Shown here piece after piece: positions 48,801 to 58,173 of a DNA stretch of 64,000 nucleotides. The translations under genes and the position numbers were made by a program. This stretch comes from a virus. Under the pieces are notes generated by a model, which had not been told where the DNA came from, did not search any database, and saw nothing but the letters and a program-made list of their open reading frames with translations. The stretch is taken from IMG/VR virus record IMGVR_UViG_3300018080_000107. One strand, given 5' to 3'. How positions within the stretch are numbered: position 1 is the stretch's first letter; every line of letters begins with the position of its first letter.

Positions 48801-51800
48801 ATTATAGGCGATATTTCTTTTTCGCCAAGCCCCTGTGCTCTTGCCGCTTCGATATTTTGTTGTTTGAGTTGTTCTGCTGCTTGTGCAGCTTTCACCATTG
48901 CGTCACGAGTTTCTGTAACAACCTTCTTGGCGCTAATCATAGCCTTTTCGGACTGTGATATATTTTGACCTTGTAGCGCAGCAGACAACGCGATATCTTG
49001 CTGTAGCAACTGTAACTCAAGAGCAACTCGTGCCTCTTCCTGTTGTAGAGACAATGACTCTTCTAATGCCTTGTTGCGAAGCTTGATGGACTCAACTGCC
49101 TTGAATGCATTGATAACAAAATCGGCACCAGTTTTATTAGCTTCTTTTTGCGCCTCTTCATATCGTTTTGTAAATTTAGATATAGCTTCATTAACACCGG
49201 CAAGTTGCTTACCAGTCTTCAAAGCCTCTTCTAAATCTTGATTCCAATTTTGTGTAATCGCATTAATAACATCCATACGATCTTTTAGTGCATCTGCACC
49301 AGCAGCACCCTCAACAAGTTTTCTAACATGATCGGAAAGATTGTCTGGAATTTTATCCCCAGTTAGTTCTGCGATCTGCTTATAGCTTTCAGCCAATTTT
49401 TGCACGTCTGTATCAGTAAGACGTGACCCTTCTTGAATTTGTTTTTGACCTTCTAATATATTATCAATAGCATTGTAAATATTATCTACATCTCCAACTT
49501 CAAGCTTAATTCCATCTTTTCCAATATTTTGTGTACTTGTTTGAATGTCACTAAATTGTTGTGTAAGGTCACGTGCCTGTTTTTCCATTCTCACAAGCTC
49601 ATCTTCCATGAGTTTAAGTTGTGGAGTTGACACTTTGACATTTTTATTCCATTCACCCATCGCTTGTGATGCATCTATGACACCGCGATTAATCTTATCA
49701 GTAATTTCAGCAATTTCATTAAATGGCAATTGCATATCTTTTACATTTTCACCACCAAAGAATGAAATCTCAAATTGTTCACGATTAGCCTCTTGTATTC
49801 CATCAAGAAAAGTTTTAATCTCGGAATCCATTTTGCCAAGCGCATCTTCTGCACGGCTTATATCAATATCAACTTGAGTTTTGCCAATATCAGCAAGAGC
49901 CTTACGCAATGATTTGGCCAATGGTTCGGCATCTTCTAATTCTTGGAATGCTTCCTCCCATTCAACCTTAAGTAGATCAGCTTGTTTAACCAGTTCGTTA
50001 ATTTCTTGTTTGATTGCAGCAACGCCACCGGCTTTCAAAACTTCAACAGAAACCTGCAAAGGAAGTTTTGTTGTATCAAATACCAAACGTCTTTCTATCC
50101 CTTGTGGAGTAGCGAACTCTTGCCATTCCGCAAGGCCGCGACTAACAAGACCTTGAGCAATTGTAAAATCTCGCGCTGCAGCAGCCATTAATTCTTGTTG
50201 ATTTACAACTGCTTTGGCGGCTTTAATTTCTTCGTCTCTTAATCTATTCTGTGCTTCTACTCTTTGTTGCCATGCCTGTATGGTGAATTGCAATGCGCCT
50301 ATAGCGGCACCTGCTATTGCGGCCTTGCGACCAAAAAGTGCCATTGGTACTGTAGTTTTTAATATTGCATTTGTTGCATCTGCAGTAGCTTTAGTTGTGG
50401 TGTTGCCATTTTCTTCTGCAATTTCAGAAAGACGATTAAGTTGGGTGCTAACAGCATCGGTTGCTTGCAACAAAACAGCCCAAGATGCCATTTTAAATGC
50501 TGGACTTTGTGTAATATTATTTACCCTACCACCAAATGTAGCAATTCTTGACCCTATTCTTTTAACATTAGATCCAAAATTTTTCAAAGATGTCACAATA
50601 GAACGCTGTTGCTTTATTACTGCGTCATTTGGCGCTCTCCATTTTTGAAGGCCCTTCGTTACATCGTTGATAGCAATTTGGAAATTATCAGTTTGTGCTT
50701 TTCTCACTGCTGCCAATGCTTTAACTTGCTTGGATACTCCAGGACTTGATTGTGCTGATGAAGGTTGTCCAGCTAATCCTCCTGCAAGCATGCCTGGATC
50801 TACAGTTGCTTTACGCTGTTGTAATAGTTTATTTCCATCAGCAATAAGTTTGTTTTGTTGTGCATATTTGGCATTTGTTTGTGTGATATTGACTATCCGA
50901 CCACCTTCTGCTTCAATCAATTTTTTTATGCCAGCTTGGCTTGCTGTTAAAAATGCTGAAAATCCAGCAGCAGCCTTTTTGATATGAGGCAATAATACCT
51001 GTGCAAACAATACTAACACCAAATTCTTTATGGCACTAAATGAACTTAATGCACCACCAAGAAATGGACTCCAGCTTTCTATTCCTTTTGCAAAATCTTG
51101 TACAGCTTGGATTCCGCCTGTTATTGTTCCAATTACATTAGAAAGTAAGTTTACAGTTTCCTTGTAAAAAGAGGTTGCTCCAACATCTTGCAAAAGCTTA
51201 GCAAATTTAGCAATTGATACACCGAGTGCTCTATGTGCAGCTTCAAGTGTTTGTGCTTCAATTGTAGCTTTGCGCTGTACTTCTCCACTTCTTTCTTGAG
51301 CAGCATTAAGATTGTTTAAAAATTTCTCATTGTTGCTCATCAAAGCAGAAAGCTCAGTGAAGCGTCTTGCTCCTCCAACAAGCTGACCAATAGCGGTTCT
51401 TTGACTGTCGCCAAGTTTGTCCCATGCTCCTGCTACAAACTGAAGTGTTTTAGCTACACTGTTATTTTCTGCATTTAACTGTGTTAATGATTTTTCATTG
51501 CGTGTATATTCTGCAGTTAGTTCAATAATACGCTGTCTATTCTTAGCCGTATTGACAAGAATTGTTTTGAATGCTGTTCCAATTCTATTGGCTGCTAACT
51601 GGGTGGTTCCAGCAACGGTTGCCATCATAGCAGCAAGTTCCTCTGTGGATATGCCGAATGCATTAGCTGTCGCACCGGCCCTAATAAAGCCTTGTGCTAA
51701 ATCTTTTACGACTACTGCGTTTTGATCAGCAAGCTGTGAGAAAACTGCTACCTTATCACGTGCATCTTCCCAACTAACACCCATAGCATTTACAGTTGTT

Positions 51801-52561
51801 GTCAATAGTTTTTGGGCAGTAACAGAATCTACAGTGGAAACATTGAGCAAATCCATTGCTGCTCGTGTTGCTCGCATCGCATCTTCAGCATTAAGACCAG
51901 TTCTTACAAAACCAGTCATAGCGTCAGAAACTTCAGAAAAACTTCGTCGGCTATCAACTGCAAGGTCAAGAAGATCGTTTGTTATTGCGTCGATTGACTC
52001 TGCGGTTTCTCCTCCTAAAACCTTGGCTAAGCTTGCGGCAGTGCTATCAAGTTCTTTCATCGCGTCCGAAGTCGCACGCAGTGCTTCCATAAACTTAAAT
52101 AGTAATGTTGTCCACACAAAGAATCCTGAAAATCGTTTTCCAATTTCTGCAATGCGAACACCAAATAGTGCTGAACTCACACCAGCATTTTGAAAACTTT
52201 TTCCAAGCTCTCGCACCTTTTGGTCTGCTGCAGTCAATACTTGCACTTCTTTTGGATCTACTGAGCGACTTTTACTCATTCTAATGCGTGCGTCTGCCAA
52301 TCCTTTAGTGGCCTTAGCATCTTTATTGATCGCAGTGGTGTGTGAAGTTAGTGCTTTGGTTTCCTTATTTATCTTCGCAGCACCCTGTTGGCCACCGCCA
52401 ACGCTATCTATTTTAAGTTGCTCGAACTTCTTTTTCAGTTGTGCGAGATTAGTTTTGGCAATTGCTGCATTGATAGCTGCTTGAACCTGCTTTGTAATTG
52501 CAGATGTTTCAATGTCGCTATCAAGAAACTTAATCCCAAGTCGTATCTGTACGTCAGCCAT
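45827..52561 (-). CDS. Tail tape measure protein (2244 aa)
   Basis: TP901-like core (AG..A..FG.S.EELAA...A..IGTAFKTI), a hydrophobic segment and long Ala/Gln/Glu coiled coils; lies downstream of the tube and chaperones. Confidence 0.93.
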   Translation of the reverse strand: MADVQIRLGIKFLDSDIETSAITKQVQAAINAAIAKTNLAQLKKKFEQLKIDSVGGGQQGAAKINKETKALTSHTTAINKDAKATKGLADARIRMSKSRSVDPKEVQVLTAADQKVRELGKSFQNAGVSSALFGVRIAEIGKRFSGFFVWTTLLFKFMEALRATSDAMKELDSTAASLAKVLGGETAESIDAITNDLLDLAVDSRRSFSEVSDAMTGFVRTGLNAEDAMRATRAAMDLLNVSTVDSVTAQKLLTTTVNAMGVSWEDARDKVAVFSQLADQNAVVVKDLAQGFIRAGATANAFGISTEELAAMMATVAGTTQLAANRIGTAFKTILVNTAKNRQRIIELTAEYTRNEKSLTQLNAENNSVAKTLQFVAGAWDKLGDSQRTAIGQLVGGARRFTELSALMSNNEKFLNNLNAAQERSGEVQRKATIEAQTLEAAHRALGVSIAKFAKLLQDVGATSFYKETVNLLSNVIGTITGGIQAVQDFAKGIESWSPFLGGALSSFSAIKNLVLVLFAQVLLPHIKKAAAGFSAFLTASQAGIKKLIEAEGGRIVNITQTNAKYAQQNKLIADGNKLLQQRKATVDPGMLAGGLAGQPSSAQSSPGVSKQVKALAAVRKAQTDNFQIAINDVTKGLQKWRAPNDAVIKQQRSIVTSLKNFGSNVKRIGSRIATFGGRVNNITQSPAFKMASWAVLLQATDAVSTQLNRLSEIAEENGNTTTKATADATNAILKTTVPMALFGRKAAIAGAAIGALQFTIQAWQQRVEAQNRLRDEEIKAAKAVVNQQELMAAAARDFTIAQGLVSRGLAEWQEFATPQGIERRLVFDTTKLPLQVSVEVLKAGGVAAIKQEINELVKQADLLKVEWEEAFQELEDAEPLAKSLRKALADIGKTQVDIDISRAEDALGKMDSEIKTFLDGIQEANREQFEISFFGGENVKDMQLPFNEIAEITDKINRGVIDASQAMGEWNKNVKVSTPQLKLMEDELVRMEKQARDLTQQFSDIQTSTQNIGKDGIKLEVGDVDNIYNAIDNILEGQKQIQEGSRLTDTDVQKLAESYKQIAELTGDKIPDNLSDHVRKLVEGAAGADALKDRMDVINAITQNWNQDLEEALKTGKQLAGVNEAISKFTKRYEEAQKEANKTGADFVINAFKAVESIKLRNKALEESLSLQQEEARVALELQLLQQDIALSAALQGQNISQSEKAMISAKKVVTETRDAMVKAAQAAEQLKQQNIEAARAQGLGEKEISPIIRQIELRLNAQLTEQSKAAIDELGKLILQRTDEIKQLEMSRFDVVKTELEQLKQLEAARGEIGRNITEAFLQSAEKAGISDQEIAAVLNTGVIKDQLANLSTEITNQLNNASKVELAYTLQRINANSNAETKMLQAVRNRTTDTVKRAQLASQIIQAEEKKKQDTAIAVAQAMERSVVDSFSRMEEAAQGATDSLNKMVSLRADIQNLDKEITKLKAQMKTVAVPEELANRAGRRDSLVAQNEQIRAQIEHIRAVQAVNNQLREQKKALQDARDSANQYVIGIKRELGLTKTLTNAFGQIAIASETAANMLMSSEDSIVRVRTESAQASLDIFKSEYDKLKGFGESLFTASPTQIRKLAQANAILQNSTASMSDTLAQMPAHLRDAAAQILKLRFGEQGEELVARAGLERAGIDTSALDTLKSQVVTSAQAVANEQIRMVEEQQKTNEGIDGMVGNMERQIRQNELEIRESEEAAQKIEEMKNATEESGQTLKQQLKDAQERKKFLQGQLEQEQNTYRSNVAILDSINPGMRALVEGVPEQIATNKGILEGISENTRTMSELAKSLGGLTEKGIQSAEGPIADISKVALDDELLIQKLSENANATAPLAAEITALRSNIDAFQQAQINLTNTQVNMTEVLNGVLQQLEEQRSLTEEEGADEAISQEKMRDAVIEANRQVMEETLVPNQQAIVESTAKSAALDETSATNSEVIAQQTTESAAKLASIETTSRTTSENLAKNLVHAENMAKTNLKVQENTAAATRAIENLAGGSSLGRVVASIDAVARAVAALNIKINVTVKNITNKYSGGSNRATGLTMPEMGNLVAAAKREKAKMPAGSELVLANSSELVMTPQQAAKVFGQVNIPDTTVRSSRKSIERTSQPGSNGSLRLEGAESVPALLKKIEALMGQQKELMDLAGDKKLFKQEQNIKIDVGGKRELTVKGVAEMGQALEQIFKRNMAKITSKAESAALQATLNHIIRRLKEAGIDGV

Positions 52562-53322
52562 TATTCAACCTTCTTGTTAGTTCTCCGCTTTCGCGTTTGC
52601 TTCTTTACTGCTTTCTTTATCTTTTTCTTAGCTGGCGTCTCTTCCTTCTTCTCTTCCGGCTTTTTGACAACTTCATTCTCTGTAATGAGTTCATCATAAT
52701 ATTTCTGTGTAAATTGGCCCTCGTCTCCAAGATATCCATTTGCCTCAAGCCACTCACGCTCGTTTAACTTAAGCTCCATATCCTCTGCTGTCATTCCCAT
52801 GTTTGCCAAAAGCGCATGTGAAAAACACTTATCTGCCAATGCAGAATCAGCATCCTCACAAAATGACTTTTTGTTTGGGAATACAAGATTGCCAGCTTCA
52901 TTCATAACACATTGATAAGTAAAAGCTGCCATTTTGACAGTTTCCGCATAGCCTTCTGCTGTGCATGTGCTCATCATGCGTGATTTATAATTCACAAGGT
53001 CCATGAGTTTATTTCGCAATCCCATAATCTCGAATGCAATCTCACGACCCTTTTTATTATCTTTTGTTTTTTCAAGATCAAGCTCAAGAGCAACGATTTT
53101 CATTTGGAGTCCGGTAACTTCCTTTTCGTGCTCATCTGTCCAAGTCCCATTTTTCTCAAATGTACGTTTGGCCTCAAATTCAGTCATCATTCCCTCACGG
53201 ACTGCTTTGGAAAATGCCTTCCTGTATTCCATGTCCATATGAAGCAACTGCTCTTGTGTTGGAGCTACGATGTGATACTTGACGCTCTCATGTTCAAATT
53301 CTATAAGTGTTTTCTGTGCCAT
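52561..53322 (-). CDS. Putative tail assembly chaperone (short paralog)
   Basis: Directly precedes the tape measure; aligns by eye with 53616-54671. Confidence 0.6.
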   Translation of the reverse strand: MAQKTLIEFEHESVKYHIVAPTQEQLLHMDMEYRKAFSKAVREGMMTEFEAKRTFEKNGTWTDEHEKEVTGLQMKIVALELDLEKTKDNKKGREIAFEIMGLRNKLMDLVNYKSRMMSTCTAEGYAETVKMAAFTYQCVMNEAGNLVFPNKKSFCEDADSALADKCFSHALLANMGMTAEDMELKLNEREWLEANGYLGDEGQFTQKYYDELITENEVVKKPEEKKEETPAKKKIKKAVKKQTRKRRTNKKVE

Positions 53323-53325
53323 TTT

Positions 53326-53658
53326 TTACTCCTCGTCCTTACCTTTGTCCTTTTGTCCAAACTCAACGCCAACAGTTTCTGGTACATATTCTACATTAAC
53401 AGTATCTAATGCAGAGTGCATATCACGAATAGCATCATTGCCAATTCCTAATATTTCACTACGTAAACCTTCAAACTGTGGAAATCCGTTACCAAGACGT
53501 GTCTCTATTGCCCTTAACGCACCAACGAATACACCCTTAATGTCCTTATAAAGCCTATCCCTAAGCCATTCCTTTGACTTATGAGAATATCTATCTGTAG
53601 CAGGCTCTATCTCACTTATTCGTCGCGCTTTATGAACTTGCCTTTTCTCAGTTCCCAT
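53326..53658 (-). CDS. Hypothetical protein in the chaperone locus
   Basis: GAGGTG RBS; overlaps the upstream gene by 43 nt. Confidence 0.6.
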   Translation of the reverse strand: MGTEKRQVHKARRISEIEPATDRYSHKSKEWLRDRLYKDIKGVFVGALRAIETRLGNGFPQFEGLRSEILGIGNDAIRDMHSALDTVNVEYVPETVGVEFGQKDKGKDEE

Positions 53659-54671
53659 TCTCTCACCTCGCCTTTTTCCTCAAGTACCTTACGCTCTTGC
53701 CTTAAACCAGCCCTTGTAATAGGATCATTTAGGCCCTGTATTTTTTCAATAGACTCTTTATCTTCACGGTCTGTAAATACAAAAACCTCCTGAAGTCCAT
53801 TACCTCCATGTTTTTTACTAAAAGCCGTAGACTTTCTACTATTTAATACGTCTTTCTCTCTTTTCTTCGATTCTTTTTCAATCCATGCGTCCAGTGCCGC
53901 ATCATCGTCTACAATATGACTTGGCAATTCTGGCTGCATGAAAACATTATCATAATATAAACTCCAATATATTAAAGCATTTTGTGCCTCAGACCACTCT
54001 GCAGCGGCTTTTCCAAACAAATCAGCACCATTTTTAGCGCCATTCCATCTATATCTCCATTGAGGGGATCGTGCTATCGCTCTAATATCACACTCTTTTA
54101 ATATAAATGTTCGCAGATATGCCTCCACAACGTTATTCACAAAGATGAAATCAGTGAAATTATTAAACTCCTCCGCAGTCCAAAACGGCTGTTCATCTAT
54201 TGTTTCCAGGCAATAAAAAGCAATTTTCCTGAATTTTACTTCCTGGGCTCTATATTCCAGACAGTTTACAAATAATTTATGATGGGCAGTTTGAAGTTCG
54301 TTTAGTTCTTCCTGTGCGGTTTGTATACGCTTTTTTATTTGGCGCAGACGATTACGCCGGTACTGGAAGTCGGGTATCATATTATTAAGTCTCTTGATAC
54401 CAACGCTAAGGCTCTCCATTTTATCATCGTCTTCTTTGGTCCATGTACCTGATTTTAGATATAATTCTTTAAGTTCTTCTTGGGTGCATAGACCCTGGCG
54501 CTTTCCATCGGTTAATTCTTTTTCATGGATGTATGTTACTAATACATTTTCGCGGCCAGTTAATGACCTAATAAGGTAAGTTTCTTCTTGGCCTTCACTA
54601 TTGGTAATATCTGCAATAGCCTTGCCAAAAAGTATTTCTTTGATATGTCTTTCGACTTGCTCAGAATCCAT
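53616..54671 (-). CDS. Putative tail assembly chaperone (long paralog with C-terminal extension)
   Basis: Follows the tail tube gene; shares Y.I...T, G..T..E and GTWT.E with 52561-53322. Confidence 0.6.
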   Translation of the reverse strand: MDSEQVERHIKEILFGKAIADITNSEGQEETYLIRSLTGRENVLVTYIHEKELTDGKRQGLCTQEELKELYLKSGTWTKEDDDKMESLSVGIKRLNNMIPDFQYRRNRLRQIKKRIQTAQEELNELQTAHHKLFVNCLEYRAQEVKFRKIAFYCLETIDEQPFWTAEEFNNFTDFIFVNNVVEAYLRTFILKECDIRAIARSPQWRYRWNGAKNGADLFGKAAAEWSEAQNALIYWSLYYDNVFMQPELPSHIVDDDAALDAWIEKESKKREKDVLNSRKSTAFSKKHGGNGLQEVFVFTDREDKESIEKIQGLNDPITRAGLRQERKVLEEKGEVREWELRKGKFIKRDE

Positions 54672-54730
54672 GCCCTTAAAGAGCCTGTGTGGCTCCCTCC
54701 CTGCCTTTCCTTTACCTTTGAGTGTCTACA

Positions 54731-54741
54731 CTCATAATACG
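54731..54741 (-). promoter_or_regulatory. Late promoter-like motif CGTATTATGAG
   Basis: CGTATWATR copy just downstream of the tube-gene terminator. Confidence 0.6.
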
Positions 54742-54775
54742 ACTACAGCGTCTTGTGGTCGCTCTCAGCAGCTAT

Positions 54776-54804
54776 AAAAAAAGCCCCCGCCTTGTGGCAG
54801 GGGC
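54776..54804 (-). terminator. Intrinsic terminator after the major tail protein gene
   Basis: On the - strand: GCCCCTGCC-ACAA-GGCGGGGGC followed by 7 T. Confidence 0.85.
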
Positions 54805-54818
54805 ATAGTTAGCTTTAG

Positions 54819-56006
54819 TTACTCAGCGGTATGTGTAATAGTTAGTGAGTTAGAGTTCTGGAACTCCATTGTCACAGCACCATTTCCACCACCAGCGTCA
54901 AACCCACCGAATGTTACAGAACTTATCTTGTTCTTAGTTCCAAGATCAATGGTCAGCCCACCAAGTGTCTTGAGGATGATTGCTCGATCCGTCAAGTTAT
55001 CCACTGTGGATAAAGCTTCAACCTTATCTCCCTCAGAAGTAATAACTTCAAAAGTTGTAGTAACTGTCAATGGGAATGTTACAGCGCGGTAATAAGGACG
55101 TTTGCTACCAAGCTCATAAATCTCTTCACGGCCAACATCCGCAGAAACCGCAATCGACTGAATGTGGTCATCATTTGGAAGGTCAGCAGGTAGAGTTGAA
55201 CCAGCAACATCAAAATCCTCGGTACGCTGTACACCGGCACCAACAACTGTTGCATCATACTCATCAGCAGTATAGAAATACCCTGATGGAGTCTGATCAG
55301 TAGTAAGCGTCCATGTCTTATCATTACCAACCAGAGTAATACTCTCAGTAAAGTTACCGTCAACAGGCATGTTGTAAGAAACTGCACTCACATACATACC
55401 AGAGCAGTAAACTACCGAATCATGTGTTCCAACTGCAGAGTCCTGACTATCAGGATAGACATTGATTGCAACGTCAACTGTGAAGTCGGCTGTTCGGCCC
55501 TTAAGAGTGGTTTGATCTGGGTCAGTAACCATAGACCAAAGAGGCTTAGTACCATCAAGAACACGCTCAAGCGTTACTTCAATGTCTGGAATACCCTCAA
55601 TGTTCTCGTATGAGTCAAGCTGACCAATGTGGAACACGTCTTCCAAGTTGAAAGCTGTGCTAACACTGGCTGTCTGCATACCCATTGGGACTTCCCAACC
55701 ATTAAACTCAACGTTTTGACCATTCACTCCGGTAGCTGCAGTTGTACTGCCATCTCCACGCACACAGCCTGTCAAAGTTGTGGCTGTCTTGCCAGCGTAG
55801 TAAATATACTCACTGCCAATACGAACCTGACCAGAATCTGGCCATTCAACAGGAACCGCGAGCAATGTGATAGTAGCATCGCCTGTACCAATTGGACCGT
55901 CCAATGTTCCAGATGCCACAGCACCATCGATTACACGGGTAAAACGTCTTCGAGTGTCCTTGAGAGCAACCTGTGCCGTAGAATAAGTAATTCTATTATT
56001 AGCCAC
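54819..56006 (-). CDS. Major tail (tube) protein
   Basis: Own promoter, AAGGAGGT RBS with GTG start and a downstream terminator. Two similar halves (EDVFHIG / EEIYELG). Lies upstream of the chaperones and tape measure. Confidence 0.8.
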   Translation of the reverse strand: MANNRITYSTAQVALKDTRRRFTRVIDGAVASGTLDGPIGTGDATITLLAVPVEWPDSGQVRIGSEYIYYAGKTATTLTGCVRGDGSTTAATGVNGQNVEFNGWEVPMGMQTASVSTAFNLEDVFHIGQLDSYENIEGIPDIEVTLERVLDGTKPLWSMVTDPDQTTLKGRTADFTVDVAINVYPDSQDSAVGTHDSVVYCSGMYVSAVSYNMPVDGNFTESITLVGNDKTWTLTTDQTPSGYFYTADEYDATVVGAGVQRTEDFDVAGSTLPADLPNDDHIQSIAVSADVGREEIYELGSKRPYYRAVTFPLTVTTTFEVITSEGDKVEALSTVDNLTDRAIILKTLGGLTIDLGTKNKISSVTFGGFDAGGGNGAVTMEFQNSNSLTITHTAE

Positions 56007-56059
56007 AGCTTACCTCCTTACAATATTTTTTCCCCAGGCACGCAATTAGGGGTTGTTTC

Positions 56060-56076
56060 CTACAATATATTATACG
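56060..56076 (-). promoter_or_regulatory. Late promoter-like motif CGTATAATATATTGTAG
   Basis: CGTATWATR copy upstream of the tube gene. Confidence 0.65.
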
Positions 56077-56077
56077 G

Positions 56078-56941
56078 TTACGGATTTTGATACAGAGTTA
56101 TTAACCCTTCAACCCGTCCCTTATACAACTTTATTAATAATTCTCTGCTTCTAATTGACATTTTATCGAAATAAATCCTGCCCCAAGGATAATTTGCACC
56201 AAGATCGGTATAGCTTTCATAGGTGGCGGCCTTACTTCCATAGAAACTTAATATTTCAGGAACATCGTTATAATCTGCCCCTTCGGTTGTTTCTCTTGCT
56301 GCGTCAAAGATTATATCCATGATTGCGTCACGTTCCCAATCTCTTGCAGCATACACCCAGAAATTTACTCTTTCACTTAATATTTTTCCACCACCAATTT
56401 GTCGTGGCGCATGATCTCGCGTTTGAAGATCGACAACAACAAGTGGCAGCAACCGTGTTATACCAGATGGAAATATGTCTGTTGAGTCATAACTTGGATT
56501 GTGCAAATATTCTGACATCAAGAAATTATAATTATCGGAATCCACAAAATCTACAGAAACATCTTTATATGTAAAATTGGCCTGCACCAAATCTGAAGCA
56601 GCAGGAACAGTGCCCGTAAATATGATTCTCCCGCGCTTATAATCTACTTTTGGATAATATGGAGATGAATCCTCAGCATGAAAAGTGCCATTAACCCATA
56701 CGCCACTTACACTTATGGGTGCTGTGTATCCAGAAGGGACTGTCACATCCTCTTCGTAAACCCACTCATTGGCAACCGATTCAAAAAACTGACCATCTTT
56801 GCGTAATGTGGCATTGCTATCGCCAGCGTAGCTTACATCGCCAATTTCTGCATGTGCGTACATTCCATTGTCAAGAAGCTTAAGCTCCAGCCATTGTTTT
56901 AGATTGTACCGCAAATTAGAACTTTGTCCAATTCCTATCAT
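56078..56941 (-). CDS. Putative tail terminator/neck protein
   Basis: Precedes the tube gene; LP.VVVD...QIGGG...FWVYA....ERD pattern. Confidence 0.6.
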   Translation of the reverse strand: MIGIGQSSNLRYNLKQWLELKLLDNGMYAHAEIGDVSYAGDSNATLRKDGQFFESVANEWVYEEDVTVPSGYTAPISVSGVWVNGTFHAEDSSPYYPKVDYKRGRIIFTGTVPAASDLVQANFTYKDVSVDFVDSDNYNFLMSEYLHNPSYDSTDIFPSGITRLLPLVVVDLQTRDHAPRQIGGGKILSERVNFWVYAARDWERDAIMDIIFDAARETTEGADYNDVPEILSFYGSKAATYESYTDLGANYPWGRIYFDKMSIRSRELLIKLYKGRVEGLITLYQNP

Positions 56942-56950
56942 TTTTCCATC

Positions 56951-57625
56951 CTAATCTGTAAAAACTATAGACATAACTAATAAATCTTCCGGTGGAGTCT
57001 GCGCAAGTGTCTCATAAAATGTGTCTTCAAATACATGAGTGCCAGCAAACTCAAAATTAATACCTGTTGGCCCAGATTGCCCCATGAGGCCATATCCAGA
57101 ACGACCGGCATTTTTCCGCAAATACAAGTACCCAGGCGCTGCAAATCCATATTCCACCAAATCAACCCAGGATATCGTATGCTTTCCATCGTGATACTGG
57201 GCATCTGCGTCAAACTTCAAATTGGCGAAATCTATTTCTAAAAAGCCTTTTACGCCTTTAGAAGTCTCTTGTATTCTGAAATTTGCGAAATCTCCAAGTC
57301 TTATTTTACTTATGATCCCTGTCACTGTACTAATACGACTTTTAGGAATACCGATCATACCCCAAAGTGGATTACTCGTGGCGGCAGATTTAGATGTATA
57401 GCCTCCCATTGGTCCTGTTAATGATGGGATTTGAAGGTGTTGTATCGTACTACTTGCTCGCAGATTTTCTCGATATCTTTTAAGGAAGTTGTCAACAGCG
57501 GCTAAAAGCTTTCCTTTGTCCACCACAAATTTGCCAATGCGTTGACGCACCGCTGCCCCAATTTTCTTTTGCAGGACTGCAACAAATTGTAAGTCCCATT
57601 GTTGGGGGTACGTCGCTTTGGGCAT
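56951..57625 (-). CDS. Putative tail completion/neck protein
   Basis: Basic protein with W..LVEYG; neck-region synteny. Confidence 0.5.
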   Translation of the reverse strand: MPKATYPQQWDLQFVAVLQKKIGAAVRQRIGKFVVDKGKLLAAVDNFLKRYRENLRASSTIQHLQIPSLTGPMGGYTSKSAATSNPLWGMIGIPKSRISTVTGIISKIRLGDFANFRIQETSKGVKGFLEIDFANLKFDADAQYHDGKHTISWVDLVEYGFAAPGYLYLRKNAGRSGYGLMGQSGPTGINFEFAGTHVFEDTFYETLAQTPPEDLLVMSIVFTD

Positions 57626-58173
57626 TAATTAACTCTCTTCCAATAACATTCTACAAACTTCAAATCAGTAGGCTCATTTCCCATTCCACGCTTGTATGGT
57701 TCAGACAGTCGAATAAAATCTAAGCCATCAATTGTGGCACGAATACAATTATTAACATCTTCCCATGCTTCAGAAAGCATCTTGGTCAAGATAACATTTT
57801 GTGGCTCAACGCCATGCACATCGTATTCATAATCTTCTGGGCTCTTGACAATTGTTGCTCGCCAAACAGCAGTCTTTGTTGTCTTAATAATATGAGTCCC
57901 TTTACATACCGGACATTTTACGTTGTCAGGAAATGGTTGATTCAACGGCCCCGCCCCAAATGGATTTGAGGTGTTATATTCGTTCAACGCCCTATCGCCA
58001 ATTGAAAGGAACTTGCAGTTTGGACAGCCAGACTCCGCAGGCTGCATGTGTAAGGTCGTCTCGCGCCCCATGTCGGCAATTATTTGGCTAATTGCTTCAT
58101 AGTATTGGTTCTTGAGATTTGGCGTCAGATACTTTCCTGCTGCCGGTAGTAAGCTATCATCTTTTGAAGCCAT
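57625..58173 (-). CDS. Putative head closure protein with Zn finger
   Basis: CPNC...CPVC.G; neck-region synteny. Confidence 0.5.
   Translation of the reverse strand: MASKDDSLLPAAGKYLTPNLKNQYYEAISQIIADMGRETTLHMQPAESGCPNCKFLSIGDRALNEYNTSNPFGAGPLNQPFPDNVKCPVCKGTHIIKTTKTAVWRATIVKSPEDYEYDVHGVEPQNVILTKMLSEAWEDVNNCIRATIDGLDFIRLSEPYKRGMGNEPTDLKFVECYWKRVN

Noticed and set aside
45867-52699. Many + strand ORFs opposite the tape measure, and similar short antisense or nested ORFs elsewhere
   Set aside because: They are shadows of long genes on the other strand or frame, without RBS or recognisable motifs.
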